A stretch of DNA of 63,798 nucleotides, filler included, from Choristocarpus tenellus KU-1152 (taxonomy: Eukaryota > Protista > Phaeophyceae): assembly GCA_964200185.2 (NCBI GenBank). It is 14 parts of 14 records of this genome, joined end to end, with 100 filler letters (N's around TTAATTAATTAA, not from the genome) between each part and the next. Parts side by side here need not be neighbours in the genome. Positions count along the whole stretch, not along the records: positions 1 to 5,624 come from CAXNAD020010210.1; positions 5,725 to 10,471 come from CAXNAD020013230.1; positions 10,572 to 13,772 come from CAXNAD020021587.1; 11 more parts are not named here. One strand, given 5' to 3'. Below the pieces are notes generated by a model that saw nothing but the letters and a program-made list of their open reading frames with translations, was not told where the DNA came from and did no database searches. This document shows positions 1-12,425 of the stretch, piece by piece. Made by a program: the position numbers and the translations under genes. Within the stretch, counting starts at the first letter, position 1. The number at the start of each line of letters is the position of its first letter.

Positions 1-40
1 CCAAATGGACGCGGCTCTACCCTCTAAGATACTTTGGCTC
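1..40 (-). mobile_element. MITE family A, terminal fragment (truncated by window start)
   Basis: ccaaatggacgcggctctaccctctaagatactttggctc matches the end of the copy at 51177-51434 and is the reverse complement of the left end of the copy at 3617. Confidence 0.85.
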
Positions 41-163
41 TGCAAGTGACGGTATGTGTGTATATGTGGATGTTTGAGCCCTGTTGCAGCATTATAACAG
101 TCCCTCTGTCCCATATGTCTGCGACATCAAGGATGTAACTTCTTGAGATAACCTCTGATTCCC

Positions 164-1750
164 TTATGTTTTATACTTCAAAAACAATTCGCTGTCGCTT
201 TCGTCATGCCCACCATTCTGGCAATCTACTCCCATGTCAAAAGCACCTCTGTCAATTCTGACCTTTTTTGGTAGACTTCCCTCATACTGCTTATTCACAG
301 TTCCAGTGTGCTGTACCTCGAAATCATTACCCCTTAGTGCCTTCAAAACTCAATTGCACAGCTTCAAGAGGCTCTGCCACACCCTCTCTAAAGTAGCTGC
401 GTTGTACGCACCGTACCATGTCTTTGCCCCCTTAACAAGGTCATCTATCATACTGCAACGCTCCCTCCAAACTCTAATTTTTAAGGATGCAAATAACTTA
501 AATCGTTGATAGTGAGATCAGGTGACTGCACAGGGTTCATTACGAGCTTGACATTCCATCCCCCCTCCTTCCTGACTTCGTTGAGCTTTTTTGGCGTGTC
601 TTTTCCCATATGGGGGGTTGCTCCGTTCTGCTCCACGACCGCCCCCTCACCCTCCAACTACAACAATTTCGTCTTCAATGCGGAGATAAAAGTCTCCTTG
701 GCGTCAATGGTCACATCAAAGCCTTAGTGGGCTCAAAGTATATGAGGGGGTAGTGGCTCTCCATTTGGGGTCCATTTTTCCATGTCATGATTTTTGAGTG
801 ATTTGGTTGCATGCATCGGATGGATAATGTAAGTGCACTTGTCCTGGTCAGGGCCTGAATGGACACCCTGGTGTAGATTACCCCCTTCCCATATACTTCG
901 AGCCTAAAGTGTAGCCTACGGCCAGTGTGTTTTGACTTTCCTCGCTCGACTCACAATTATTACCCTGGGCCGATGGGCTCCTGGCAAAAGATGGCGGACT
1001 CACCAGAGTGGCCACGTTGGCTACGGGACTCATGTCGCAGATGACCCGGAGCCTAAGTGAGAGTCGTACGACTATTTGGTGAAGTGCTGAGGTGTCATGT
1101 GACGATGGGGGGGTGTTGTACCTGTCGTTGGGCAAAAGCGCTGCCCCCTCTCATGGCAGGCTGAAGTTCTCTGCACCTGCTTATTGAGGCCAGCACACCA
1201 TATTCCGATCTTGCCATCGAAATTGCACAAAGGGTATGGGCGCAAAATGGTGCAGATGAACATCGCATTAGGAATGTAACTCTTGTGTTGTGCCTTGGTG
1301 GAGCCCACCTCCTCCCCAGGGAACACGCAGACAGGATCCTTGTTGTGGATGAGGTAAAACCACCCTCCATCGATAAGAATCATATTGAGCCCACTTCTCT
1401 AATTGATGCGGTTCCTTGCTGCTTGGTCAAGGATGAAGTCTACCTGGTTCTTTCGATGTGTCAGGAACAGACTCAGGGTAATAATATGTTTCACCTTCAT
1501 TGCACCCATCACTTTGAGTCATTACTGAAATTTTGAGCTGCTGGCTACAGAACTGACTTTGGCTACCTTGACAGACAGCTGATCGAGGGTCAGGGTTCAA
1601 TTTGCGGCATTGACCTTTCAAATCTTCGTGCGCTTTGTCAGTGTGAAGTCCGACCGCCCGCTTCTTGAAGATGGTTTCAGCTAAAGCGTATTGCCGTTGT
1701 CCAATTGTTGTCGTACTCACACCCACAGTTGTCGTGGATATTGTTCGCCA
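164..1750 (-). pseudogene. Tc1/mariner transposase pseudogene (plant-type DD39D group), interrupted by insertions at ~730-1140
   Basis: Minus-strand translation gives LIDGGWFYL...HKSYIPNAMF...FDGKIGIW (1072-1383). After the insertion it continues VEQNGATPH...GWNVKLVMNPVQSPDLTINDLSY...LERVWQSL...RGNDFEVQH (~720-290). These match the HIDEKWFY, KVMF, FDGKIG, QQDNAxPH, NSPDLNxLDLG and GGNxYxxPH motifs of DD39D mariners. Stops and frameshifts are present; the 5' limit is approximate. Confidence 0.85.
730..904 (-). mobile_element. MITE family B (~175 bp) inserted in the mariner transposase
   Basis: Terminal inverted repeats ggctcaaagtatatgaggggg ... cccttcccatatacttcgagcc; the interior is the reverse complement of the copies at 22343-22522 and 5725-5897. 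Confidence 0.85.
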
Positions 1751-2049
1751 ACTTCAAATTGCTCGGCCAACTCTACTCTGAATGTGTTTTGGAAGTCATT
1801 TCTTACGGGGAGGTAGAGCTAAACAAAGCCCCTGGAAATGGGACCGAGAAGGACCTTTTTTCGGTTCCACTTCTCGGAACAGAATTCAGAGCTACTTGGG
1901 AGCAAAATACGAAAATCAAAACTCCCCTCTCGGAACAATAATATCTAGACCTTCAATTTGACCAATATGGCGGTACCAGTAGGTTTACCCTCTGGGGTTG
2001 TCCCGTCAAAACTTGTGATGTAGACGTCGGATTAAAAAAAAAGAAGCAT

Positions 2050-3430
2050 ATCCGTGATGCCCGTCACAAGGTCCTCCAGAGCACGGGCTTCATTTTCGCT
2101 CATATTGGGGTTTGAACCCTGGATTGTAGGTCACCAAGAGTGGCAACAGATGCACCATTACTTTATTATAGGGTTTAGGCGGGAAAAAAGCCTCCCCACC
2201 CTTTCTTCCTGTGTGGTTAGCGCACCCACTTTTTGACCTCAGCAAGGATGTCCTCGTCGAGATCCAGGATGAAACGCCTCTCATAGCGCCCATGCTCCGA
2301 CACCTTGATGTGGTCCTTAGTTAGGAAGTCTCTCTCCCATTCACTCACAGTTTCCGACGTGACCATCGCATATCCTGCTACCATCTCGAGCGCCGTTTGA
2401 CAGTCTTACCTGTCATTCATACACACGTACAGGACGCGCAGTGTTAGAGCCTTAACTATCACATTTACTTGTTGAGCGCCGGAAATGGGCGTTGTCCATG
2501 TTTCCTGGACGGGTGATTTTTATCATCAAGGTGCAAGGGTGAGAGAGGACAGGCTTTAGTTGACGAACATTGTGTTGATTTCTCGAATTAATGTAGGCTG
2601 GGAGAAAGCCTTAATCAACTTTAACGTCCAGCCCCAAGTCCAGGAACAAAAGTGAATGTACGGCATCTTGCAAAGAAGTGGGAGACACCAAACCATTGGT
2701 GTGCAAATAGTCTCAATCTCACCTCCTCGTCTTCCCTGGCGTCCTTGTCGATGGCTCCCTCCACCTGCTTCGCGACCTTTTCTAAGTAAAGGATTTGGTG
2801 GTATCAAAGAGTCTCCACAGCTGCCTTTATTACGATCGCTTTCTCCTCCACCTCATGAGCCCTTTCTCCCTTCTTTCGGGCTTCAGATCCCTTGTAACCC
2901 AACCCTAAGACCTTCTTTCTCGTTTCCTTAAGCCACTCCGACTCGCACAGCTTCCAAACAGTCAGGACCTGCTGCGACTGTCGACTACTAAGATTTTCTG
3001 CACCCAGGTTTTCGCTTAGGCATTCCCTGAGCGCAATGGCACGCAGTCGCACTGCTCTCTTCCCCAAACTTCCCTTCGGGGGACCACTCTGGTTCTCCCT
3101 TCACCCGCCGCGAACAGGCTTCCCCACAGACTTCGTCACTGTACCTCCTGGTGATGGACTCGCCCCTCTCTTCCTGCTTTCCCGAGGTGGCGTGGTTGAA
3201 GACCCAACCGCTCTTGTGTGGTAATGCTTTTAATGCATCTTCTCTCAGTTTCAGTGTCGCGACCACGTGGTCCATTTCTCGATTTGATCATGCTGCTGCA
3301 CCACACTACTCGCACTTTGTCGTCACCTATCATCCCACTGAGTTTCACACGGTACTTGTTTTTCCGGACCCTCTCGACAGAGAAGGTGCCGAGGGTATAT
3401 CCAAGGGGTAGAGTGGCCTCGGCGGCTCTC
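2050..3430 (-). pseudogene. Degenerate DNA-transposon-like coding remnant (possibly IS630/Tc1-type N-terminal region)
   Basis: Minus frame at ~2390-2200 reads ETVSEWERDF...SEHGRYERRFILDLDEDILAEVKKWVR*. This resembles the S.(Q)GKH....L..DED.....W(L/V)R pattern of a eukaryotic DDE transposase family. The upstream ORFs 2804-3067 and 2988-3275 look like frameshifted pieces of one product. Confidence 0.35.
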
Positions 3431-3616
3431 CTTGTCTCATCATTGTGGTTCGTGTTGTTGTGTAAGTCATGTGTGTGTGTGCTCACAGGAAGTCTACAAA
3501 AGGCGTTAAAAAGATGTCTGGAAAAAAGATGTCTGGAAATCTTGTTTTTTTTTGTTTTGGGGTACTCTGGAGTGCATTTTATGAGTATGTAGGACCAATC
3601 ACCAAAGTATAACCTG

Positions 3617-3874
3617 GAGCCAAAGTATCTTAGAGGGTAGGGCCGCATCCATTTGGGGGCCAAAATCCAATGCTGCAATTTCGATGTATTTTCGGTTATT
3701 GTGTTTGTTAGGAAGTGTCAATACCCTTGTTTCGAACACACCTTTTCATAACATATACATCTTACCTAATCTGAAACATTTCGGAGTAGGAAAATGTCAT
3801 TAAGAAAACATGGGAAGCCAAGCCCCAAATGGACAAAAAGGGCAAAACTCGTACCCTCTAAGATACTTTCACTC
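3617..3874 (+). mobile_element. MITE family A (258 bp), PIF/Harbinger-like, TSD CTG
   Basis: TIRs gagccaaagtatcttagagggta ... taccctctaagatactttcactc; CTG duplicated at 3614-3616 and 3875-3877. Confidence 0.9.
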
Positions 3875-4564
3875 CTGTTCACATTAGCAACAACTCTAAA
3901 GTGTTACACTTGCTGCAAATTGTACCTAACTTGCTATACGTTGAGCAACATGGCAATGAGAGGTGGTATTATGTAAGAACCGAAGTAGAAAGCATCTTTC
4001 ATTGGCCGAGGGAATACTCAGGAGTGGTAGGGTGTGTGTGTGGGCAGGTGGAGTACCAGGAAGGGGAGTTTAGATTGAAGGGTTCTGGTGAGAGGAATCC
4101 TACTATCTGCCTCTGCTGTGTCTGCAGGAAAAACAGTAGCTGCCAATACCAACTAAATGATGTATTTTTCTCCTTTGGAGCACATGGAAGACACAGACTA
4201 TACTGTACCTATTCTATTTCTATCTTGCTCTTCTTTTCAAGTTCCCCCCTTCACCCCATCCTCGATGAATGTTGGCACCCTCCTGGACTTTGTCTGTGCC
4301 CTAGTCACACACCAGTGCCTGCTTTCATATGTTCCCTCCAGGTACCGCTCACTGGGGTCTACCTTGATCTTAATCACGCTAATGAACACAGTGTCACCGC
4401 ACTTGTATTGGCTATTCTTGTGGTTCCAGAGAAATCGTCGTTTGGCTACCACTCGAGACAAAGCATTGAGTCAGGACGCCCTCAACACCCTCAACACTGG
4501 GGCAGCATGGGAGGTGAGTGCTGCAGGACAGTGGTTGAGATTCGTGTCCTGCCAACTGTTATCA

Positions 4565-5069
4565 GAGTCAAAATATCTTAGAGGGTAGAGCCGAGTCCAT
4601 TGGGGGCCAAAATCCAATGTTGTGATTTTGACGTAATTTTGGCTATTGTGTTTGTTAGGAAGTGTCAATATCCATCTTTCGAAGACACCTTTTCATGATC
4701 TATACATTTTACCTACTACGAAACATTTTTGAGTAGGAAAATGTCATAATAAAAAAACATAGGAAGCCAAGCCCCAAATGGACAAACAGGGCAAAACTCG
4801 TACCCTCTAAGATACTTTCACTCTTAGAGGGTAGAGCCGTGTCCATTTGGGGGTCAAAATCCAATGTTGCAATTAAGATGCAATTTTTGCCCTCGTGTTT
4901 GTTAGGAAGTGTCAATATCCATGTTCTGGACACACCTCTTCATAAAGCATACAATTTGCCTACTCTGAAACATTTTGGAGTAGGGAAATGTCATTTAAAA
5001 CTCCATGGGAAGCCAAGCCCCAAGTGGACAAACAGGACAAAATTCGTACCCTCTAAGATACTGTCACTC
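4565..5069 (+). mobile_element. Head-to-tail dimer or self-nested pair of family A MITEs
   Basis: The first unit ends ...tttcactc at 4823, followed directly by ttagagggtagagccgtgtccatttggggg (second unit lacking its first 13 nt), which ends ...ctgtcactc at 5069. Confidence 0.85.
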
Positions 5070-5624
5070 TCCTTGTGGTGAAGAGTGTGACCCCCATCTT
5101 AGTAGTGTCATAAATGGATCACGCCCTGGTCATGGCAGCCATCAAGGAAAAAATTGAGTTAATATCAATTGATGCCATACAGACATGCACTTCAGATTGT
5201 TCAGGTGGACTGTGTTGGAGATAAAGAAAAAAAATGATGTGCCTTCGATCTCCCTCCAAGACCACAAACATTAAGCACATATCCGGGCCTTGGGCCAGAG
5301 CTACAAGGAGACTGACAAGTCTGTTTACCATAGTTGTGATATCATCTAGAAGATGCCTCCGAGATCAGTCAACAGATTAAAAAAGCTTGGGATTGTTTCC
5401 CCACACTCAGCTAAGTGCTGCTGTGACAGAACCACTGGCATGTATTACTCGAGTTCAAGGCTGAAATACTCAAGGTTGCGTTATATGGTTGTGTGGGACC
5501 GATAGTATCTGGTGGGGGAGTCAGGCGTCCATTCGGGGCCTGTGTGAACCTGCAGGGATCTTCATGTCATCTGGGTGAATGTGTAAGATGTAAGGGTAAT
5601 TTCCTTCATCTGAAAGCCCACCTT

Positions 5625-5724
5625 NNNNNNNNNNNNNNNNNNNNNNNNNNNNNNNNNNNNNNNNNNNNTTAATTAATTAANNNNNNNNNNNNNNNNNNNN
5701 NNNNNNNNNNNNNNNNNNNNNNNN
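5625..5724. other. Artificial assembly linker (44 N + TTAATTAATTAA + 44 N); first of 13
   Basis: Identical 100-nt linkers at 5625, 10472, 13773, 18922, 22859, 29347, 32662, 35841, 38505, 41360, 46503, 49975 and 60946. TTAATTAATTAA puts stop codons in all six frames. Confidence 0.98.
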
Positions 5725-5897
5725 AAAGTTTTGGGGTGGAAGGGGTGGGTCTACAGCATGGTATCCATTTGGGTCAAAATCAGGAAAAGTGCATTTACAG
5801 TAACCATCCGACGTATGCAATCAAATCACCCAAAACTCGCGACATGAAAAAATCGACCCCAAATGGACAGCCGCCACCCCCTCATAGATACTTTGAG
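5725..5897 (+). mobile_element. MITE family B
   Basis: Colinear with 22343-22522 (aatcaggaaaagt...catccgacgtatgcaa...ccccaaatggacagc...agatactttgag). Confidence 0.85.
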
Positions 5898-6198
5898 AAT
5901 CTAGGCGTGCTCTATGCTATCCAAACTGCCTACAGTCGAGGTCTGTGTCACGTGTGGCCTAAGATTTTTTTCTCCTTTCTGAATATGAAATTTAATGGTA
6001 ATAATTTGTGACGTATGACATATGGATTGGATATCAAGAGTTTGAGCCCTCAACATACAGCAAATATTGTTCATGACCTGAAATAAAAGTTAGACTTCAC
6101 CGACAGTATGTATCATATCCGCCCAAATGAGACAATTGCTTTGTGTGAGATAAAAACGTAGGAACCAATCAAAATCCCGAGTGCATGCCACCTTGGGA

Positions 6199-6372
6199 GC
6201 GAGGGCAAGGTAAACGAGAGGTACCCAGTTTTTGCCCATTTTGCATTGCAAGCCAATTTTTCGATCCCTTTGTACCCCACCCAAGTTTCTATGGATGAAG
6301 TGCTAAGATTGACTCGAGAGGGTTGATTACCCTATTGTTTGAAAATTATCGACACAGTTCGGAAAATATCCA
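6199..6372 (+). repeat. Dispersed repeat family C, copy 1
   Basis: gtaaacgagaggtacccagttttt...tttctatggatgaag..ctaag.ttgact.gagagg...acaca.ttcggaaa is shared with 12262-12425 and 18723-18896. Confidence 0.75.
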
Positions 6373-9300
6373 ACATGCATTAGTTAAAAAATAATAAATG
6401 CACGTATTCGTTGACATCCTTAAAATGCAACTCCAGGTACATCTCATTTACTTTGACTCGTGTGTTGTTTCTATGCTCCGTTCAAGAGGCTCAAGAATGC
6501 CACGAACAATACCTGTGAGTCTACGTACAGAGCATCCCGTGGTCACTACTCTTTCCATGTATACTTCAAATGTTTTACAAAACCCTGTATTGTAGGAGGA
6601 TTGAAAAAAAAAATCGTAAGCTGCCGTCACTGACACAGGAGGCCAAAGTTGTAGACTAATTCAAGTTCAGAAGATTTTGTGGCCTCTTGTTGCTCTAGCT
6701 CTTATTCTACCCTCCAAGGTGTATCCCTGTCTCTTTCACTGTGCCCAGGATTGCATCAGTATATTCCAGAACACCCAGGCTGTTCTTGTTCTTTTGAAAT
6801 ATAGGTTCTATGGTAAATGCAAACCACAAGATGGCAAAATATTTTAACTGTGTGTGTATCAGAGCATGACTCAGGGTGATGTGGACTTTAGGGCACCCTG
6901 CCTGAGTACCATTCAGTTGACCAAGAAGGTCATGTCGAATACAACCTTATTCACGCATCCCTCCCTGCCTTGGGCCTTTCATAGCCCAAGAAGTTCAGAT
7001 ATTGGAATGGTTTTACACTACACCAACTGATAAACAACATAATTCATATTTCTTCTACTAGCAACCAAGTGGCAAGCTATGTGTATATTTCCTGTATCTA
7101 ACTTGAAGCAGCACTGCTAATAATGGCAGCTCACAGGACCTGTATGTCTAAGCCTCCCTATTGCCTGGTCTCAAATCGTCGGGAACCTGCGTGGGGTCCC
7201 GACAACATAGTCATAGTGTTTGTCTCGGGTTTGTCATCACACCCTTCCCAATCGAGTGGAAGGAGTTCCTCGTCATTGTCTACCACAAGAGGTTCAGCAA
7301 TGATCTGTCTTCCTGTCAGCATCTTCACCAGGGGCGGCTTCCTGATGTTCTCCAGCGGTAGGCCCATGACCTTGACGATTATGAGGAGAGGTAAAGAAGG
7401 GTTGGTCTTTGCTCAATAAACCTCAGCCCTACTTGTCTATGCCCTCTACTTTGCTGTAGATCAAGTCACCGTTTTGTGCTTCGAAATATTTTTGGTACAG
7501 GGCTTGAGAAAATCATTTGTCACGAAGGAACCAAGGATGGTACCAAACAGAGGCAGGTGGCAATAGAGGCATGATGACTCATGTCAAACTCCACTCAAAC
7601 AAGTGATGGATTATTGTCCACGCGTACCTGAGTGTGCTTGAGCTGGAAGAAGGTGGGAGCGTCAACAGACACTGCCATTCCGGACTCTCCTTTGTACTTG
7701 AAGCCTAAGGAACTACAAGTGCTGTGCAAAAGCTTGCGCTGGGTGAAGCCTTCATGCCTCTGTGCTACATACAACACGAGTATGAAAAGGGGAGGTAATT
7801 AACAATCAATTAGTTGGGGGATTCCGATATACAGCGTCATCTTCTTGAGATGCTTCCCTAGCTCATAGCTCACTTGTGTAGGGCTAAGCTAAGTTGGAGG
7901 CACGGCAGCAATGTACACACAACAAAGTACTTTGAAGAAATCATCAACGTTTAAGGGAGTGTTGTAGTATAGCCGGTATTCAAATAGCAAATAGTTTTTG
8001 GAAGGGTATCCTTTGCATTTAGGACAACTGTTATTTTTGCAGTGTCCTTGGAATATTATTTTACTTTTTCCCTGACACATCTGCAAAATATTAGAGAGGG
8101 CATATCAATATAATATAGTATACAACACATCCATTGTCATTTAAGTTACCATACCATCGATTGTTATACCATCATCGTTGTCACACCATTTGGAATTTTA
8201 TCATCTTTTCAACAACCCTGGTTCCACAGTGTAGGATAATCAAAGCAACTGGTTCTCGTGGGGTCTCTTTAAGAGCCTGGTTCTAAAGGCAGACTCTCTT
8301 TTAGATCTACCAACCGCTAAGGGATCTCTTTGAGACCCCATTTGAATCCTCAATTCACCTCATACCTGTTCACCAACGTTACCTTGTCATGGTCCGTCTC
8401 GTTCGTTTCTTTTTGGTAATTCTTTTCACTACCCTTGTCAGAGTGAACTACGCCGCCAGCATAATCACACGATTCATACTACATTAACGCACGAATGGTG
8501 ATACGTGAACATGGGAGCATTTACCTGGTTATACATGAGTTCACCAACCCAACAATATCGTACCTTGTTGTACATGAAGTCAGGAGTGTCGATGGAGTTC
8601 CTACCATTGCTCATTTTATTCCCGTACCCTCCGCAGACTTTTGCAGCCTCTCCCGCGGGAGTTGAGGTGACTTTCATCCAGGTGGGTTGGATCAGTCGCT
8701 TATCAGCAAACATACGACTGAACCGACAGACCGGAGACGTCGTGTAGAACTCTAGTCCAGGATTTGCGTCGAACTTTAAATCATCAATGGAGGGGAGTCT
8801 TCTTCTGGTAGTGAGATATCCTGGTGCATGAATGTGGGAACTTAATCGCGAGATAGCCAAAGAATGTTTGGCGTACCATGACCAATTGCGATTTATTGAT
8901 GCCTTAAATATGCACTCTGAAGTACTTAGGACTAATACTGTTCCATTCTCACCTTTTGTCCGAGTACTGCGCCTTGTTCTCTTGCAGCTCCTCTCAGATC
9001 GCGCTGACTCCCACTCATCCTGGTCTCGTGAAACAACGCGTCCTACTCTTGGTGCTGACACACTCGTCCGTGTTGGTACTGAGGAACCTAGTGTCGCTAA
9101 GGCTGAGGTTGACGGCCTCACTGTCAAGCCACCCCCAACACGCTCCCTTCTCTGAGTCGGCATTCAAGATTCGCTAGGATTTTTTTTCACGCAGCATACA
9201 GCGTCTACTCTACTGCAATCAGAGAGACTCACTTCCCCATTTTTTGTCCCATCATGAAGTATTTTCCATGTATGGCGTTTCAGGAGAACCATTTTCTTTT

Positions 9301-12261
9301 TATGAACTAGTACTACAACAATACTGTTACAATATGAATAGTAGTGATAATTATCACTCCAAGTCCTACATACTACTCTAGAGTACTAGTAGGACTTAGT
9401 CGTATAAGGTGGACAAAGAATGCTGTAAGTACAGTATTTTCATAGTAGTTTCTCAGGTAGTCTTGTCCTTGTGTGGGACTTCTCAGTAACATTGATAATT
9501 TATTGTCACAACAACTTCTACTCTTGACAACAGCTAGACCTCTATTGCTGGGGAAGATCGCCAAGTTCATTATCACCCCGCTTCAACAAAACGTGAAAGA
9601 AAGGGTATCATACATCGCAGATTCGACAGGAATCTTCTTCACCAAAAGATGAAAACGACTATAAATAAGGGGTAGCCCACAGACTATATATTTATATATG
9701 GATTCTACATCTCTATGGGATCACAGAATCAGATACTGACAATGCGAAGTTCCTCTACTTCCACATTATTGCTTCAACCTTGGGGTAGTAATATCTGAAT
9801 CAGACCATAGCAAATAGGTGGGTAAAACGCTTCCCTCAGTATAATAGAAGCAAGAAAGGTACGGTTTTGAGGAGGTGAGGTACTAATAGGAGATTGAAAT
9901 CGAGGGGTTGGTATTATAAATAATATTGTGGATTTGAATAAGACACAGTGATGGTAAAATCTTAGGGACGAGTGAAACCATAACTTAATTTTTGTGTGGG
10001 AGCTGTATTTTGAAACGATTGGTTGATGCCGCCATGTGCCCCGGCTGCCCATCATACAAGTAGCATCAACATGACAAAAACTACTGTTTTACCCAAAGGG
10101 TTTGCGGAAAGTAAGGGAGGATCCTCCCTTTTTCTCAGACACCAAAACAAGATGTAAATGCTTAGATCGACCAACCACTGTGGACTGCTTGTTGTCATAT
10201 ATGTTACTGCATTTGTTGGAAATTACAAGGGGATACTATTTTGAGAAACATGTTAAACTGTACTTGACGATCTGTTGTCCCACACAACTAGTTATATTAT
10301 TGTTTATTAACTTGTACCACAGTTGAGAAGAGAGTGAGATACCTGCACTAGGTGGGGCTCACCAATCCTAACATTTAATCTATTTCCTGTCAGAAACACT
10401 CCGACTATAATAGTCCGTCGGTTTCTTCCGATCAAATACCCTGCCTAAATATCCCGAATGTTCCGCATTATNNNNNNNNNNNNNNNNNNNNNNNNNNNNN
10501 NNNNNNNNNNNNNNNTTAATTAATTAANNNNNNNNNNNNNNNNNNNNNNNNNNNNNNNNNNNNNNNNNNNNGAGAAGCGAGGCATTCTCTCCGACTAACT
10601 TGATCTGTGGCTGCTTCAGGTGAACTTCGAAGTCCATATTTGTCATGCCTCCCACAAATCCACCTAGTCCACCTGAAGCGACACAACTCATTGTTGCCCT
10701 GCCCACACCTTCCCCTGCTTCATGGTTAGATGCACTAATGCCGATTGGGCTGGGGGGAACCTGGTAGTTTCTCCTCATACCCGAATGTGGTGCTTTTGTT
10801 GCTGTTGAAGAAGCCGCTGTCATATCACTGTCACCCATAGATGTGGCGCCACCATTGCTGCCACTGGTACAGACAGGGTGGGGCGGTAGGGGTGGTGATG
10901 TTGCTTGATGTGGTTCATCAGGAGGATTTCCTGCTGTAGGGCACGTTACTGTTGGCTTAGCTGCTGTTACCAACTGTGGAGACATTCTTGGAGGCAGCTG
11001 TGGCGGTAAATATGTTCCCCCGCCATGGACTCCTGTTGAAGTGGGTGGGACTAAAGATGGGACTGAATCCCTGAGAGGAGTGTGAGATTTGGTCAGAGGA
11101 GACTTCGGGGCAGCAATAGCTGCTGTTAGAGTAGGGAGGATGCTGCCACTGGCTTGGGGAGTGGTTTGTTCTGGACTTGGGGACATCGATGACACGGAAT
11201 TCCCAATCCGCTTTTCAAGCCTGGTATTGGTAGGGTACAGCATAGAGCAACATAAGAACAAATGGGGACAAAGCAGATGCAAGTTTGAGCAAGATGTATG
11301 GTTTGCAGACTTGGGGTAGAGTTTGGGGAGATATGAGATTTTTTGTGGGGGGGGCTTCTGCTAGGGGTAGGTGGTGCAATTATATTCTCTGCCACTAGAG
11401 GGAGATAACAATGCCCCAAAATGACAGTTCAGGCTAAGGCTGTTGAGAATATTTTTATCATACAAAATTAAGGAGTTTAAATTGGCCATTTTCGAGCAAG
11501 CGTTCTTTCCACTTGAAGGCATTATATTAATCCCGGATGGAGAGAGTACATCAGACCAACTCAGTTGTTCTCCATCCTTTGCCATGACAGTACAAGTTTT
11601 TCCTATCAATCCTCCACTTCCCACAGGTTTGACTGACATCTACATGCACTATATGATTGCTTTGGTGATAACGCGGGTGTATGGGGTGTTTGGCGAATGG
11701 TAAATGGTCAAATTCTCTGTGGCATAATATTGTCGTCTAGTGCCTAAAGAACACCTTCAGAAGACAGTTCATACCCTGGTAGGGCAGCACTCCAACTCTT
11801 CAAATACACGCCAGAAGTGGAAATTTGAATTTGCTTGACTGAGAACATTTCTTCGAGACATTGATCGGGCTAGAGCTCTGACATACCGATAGATATATCA
11901 AAAAGAACGGGCAAGGTTGGCAACAAGGGCAAAGGCCTGAGTATTTCCATCACTCACTTAACTCCATGGAGATTATTCAGCAAACATCCAAAAGGAGAAG
12001 AACTCTGTACAACACTGGGAGTTACTGCATTTTTTCTTTTGCCTTGACATTGGACAGTGGGCATTTTAGTTTGTACGGCATGAGAGAGAATTCACCTCTT
12101 AGATATCTTGAGCTACATAGTTTGTTCTTATCACAGCGGCAAATATTGACTTCCCGAGGCATGGAACCCGCCTTCTTTTTTGGTACCTTTCTGGTCTCTT
12201 GAGAACAAGTTCTCGTGTAGAAATACGTAGTCCTCTCTCGTCTGGGATGTATTTTCGCGTA

Positions 12262-12425
12262 AGCAAGAGCAAAGAGCCAAAGTATACCAGACGTACCCAG
12301 GTTTCGGCTGTTTTTTTGTTTTGCAATTTAACCTATTTTCAACGGACAAAGTTCTAAGTTTGACTTGAGAGCTTTTGTTTCTCTATTTGTTTGGATCTTT
12401 TCCGACACCATTCAGAAAATGCCGT
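12262..12425 (+). repeat. Dispersed repeat family C, diverged copy
   Basis: aaagtataccagacgtacccaggttt...ttctaagtttgacttgagag...gacaccattcagaaaat aligns with 6199-6372 and 18723-18896. Confidence 0.65.

Noticed and set aside
3901-4588. Overlapping 226-aa and 143-aa ORFs between MITEs
   Set aside because: No motifs; both run into a MITE TIR.
3794-5081. Recurring small ORFs such as SPKWTxRAKxVPSKILS and LYPLRYF (also at 22317, 41127, 51048, 51331) as a peptide family
   Set aside because: They are translations of non-coding MITE copies in varying frames and strands.
8474-9163. 229-aa ORF, and exon-like fragments at 6700-7780
   Set aside because: No recognisable motif, and I could not build a phase-consistent gene; may be TE debris.
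10572-11282. Long Pro/Ser/Thr-rich ORF
   Set aside because: Low complexity, runs into a gap, no domain recognised.
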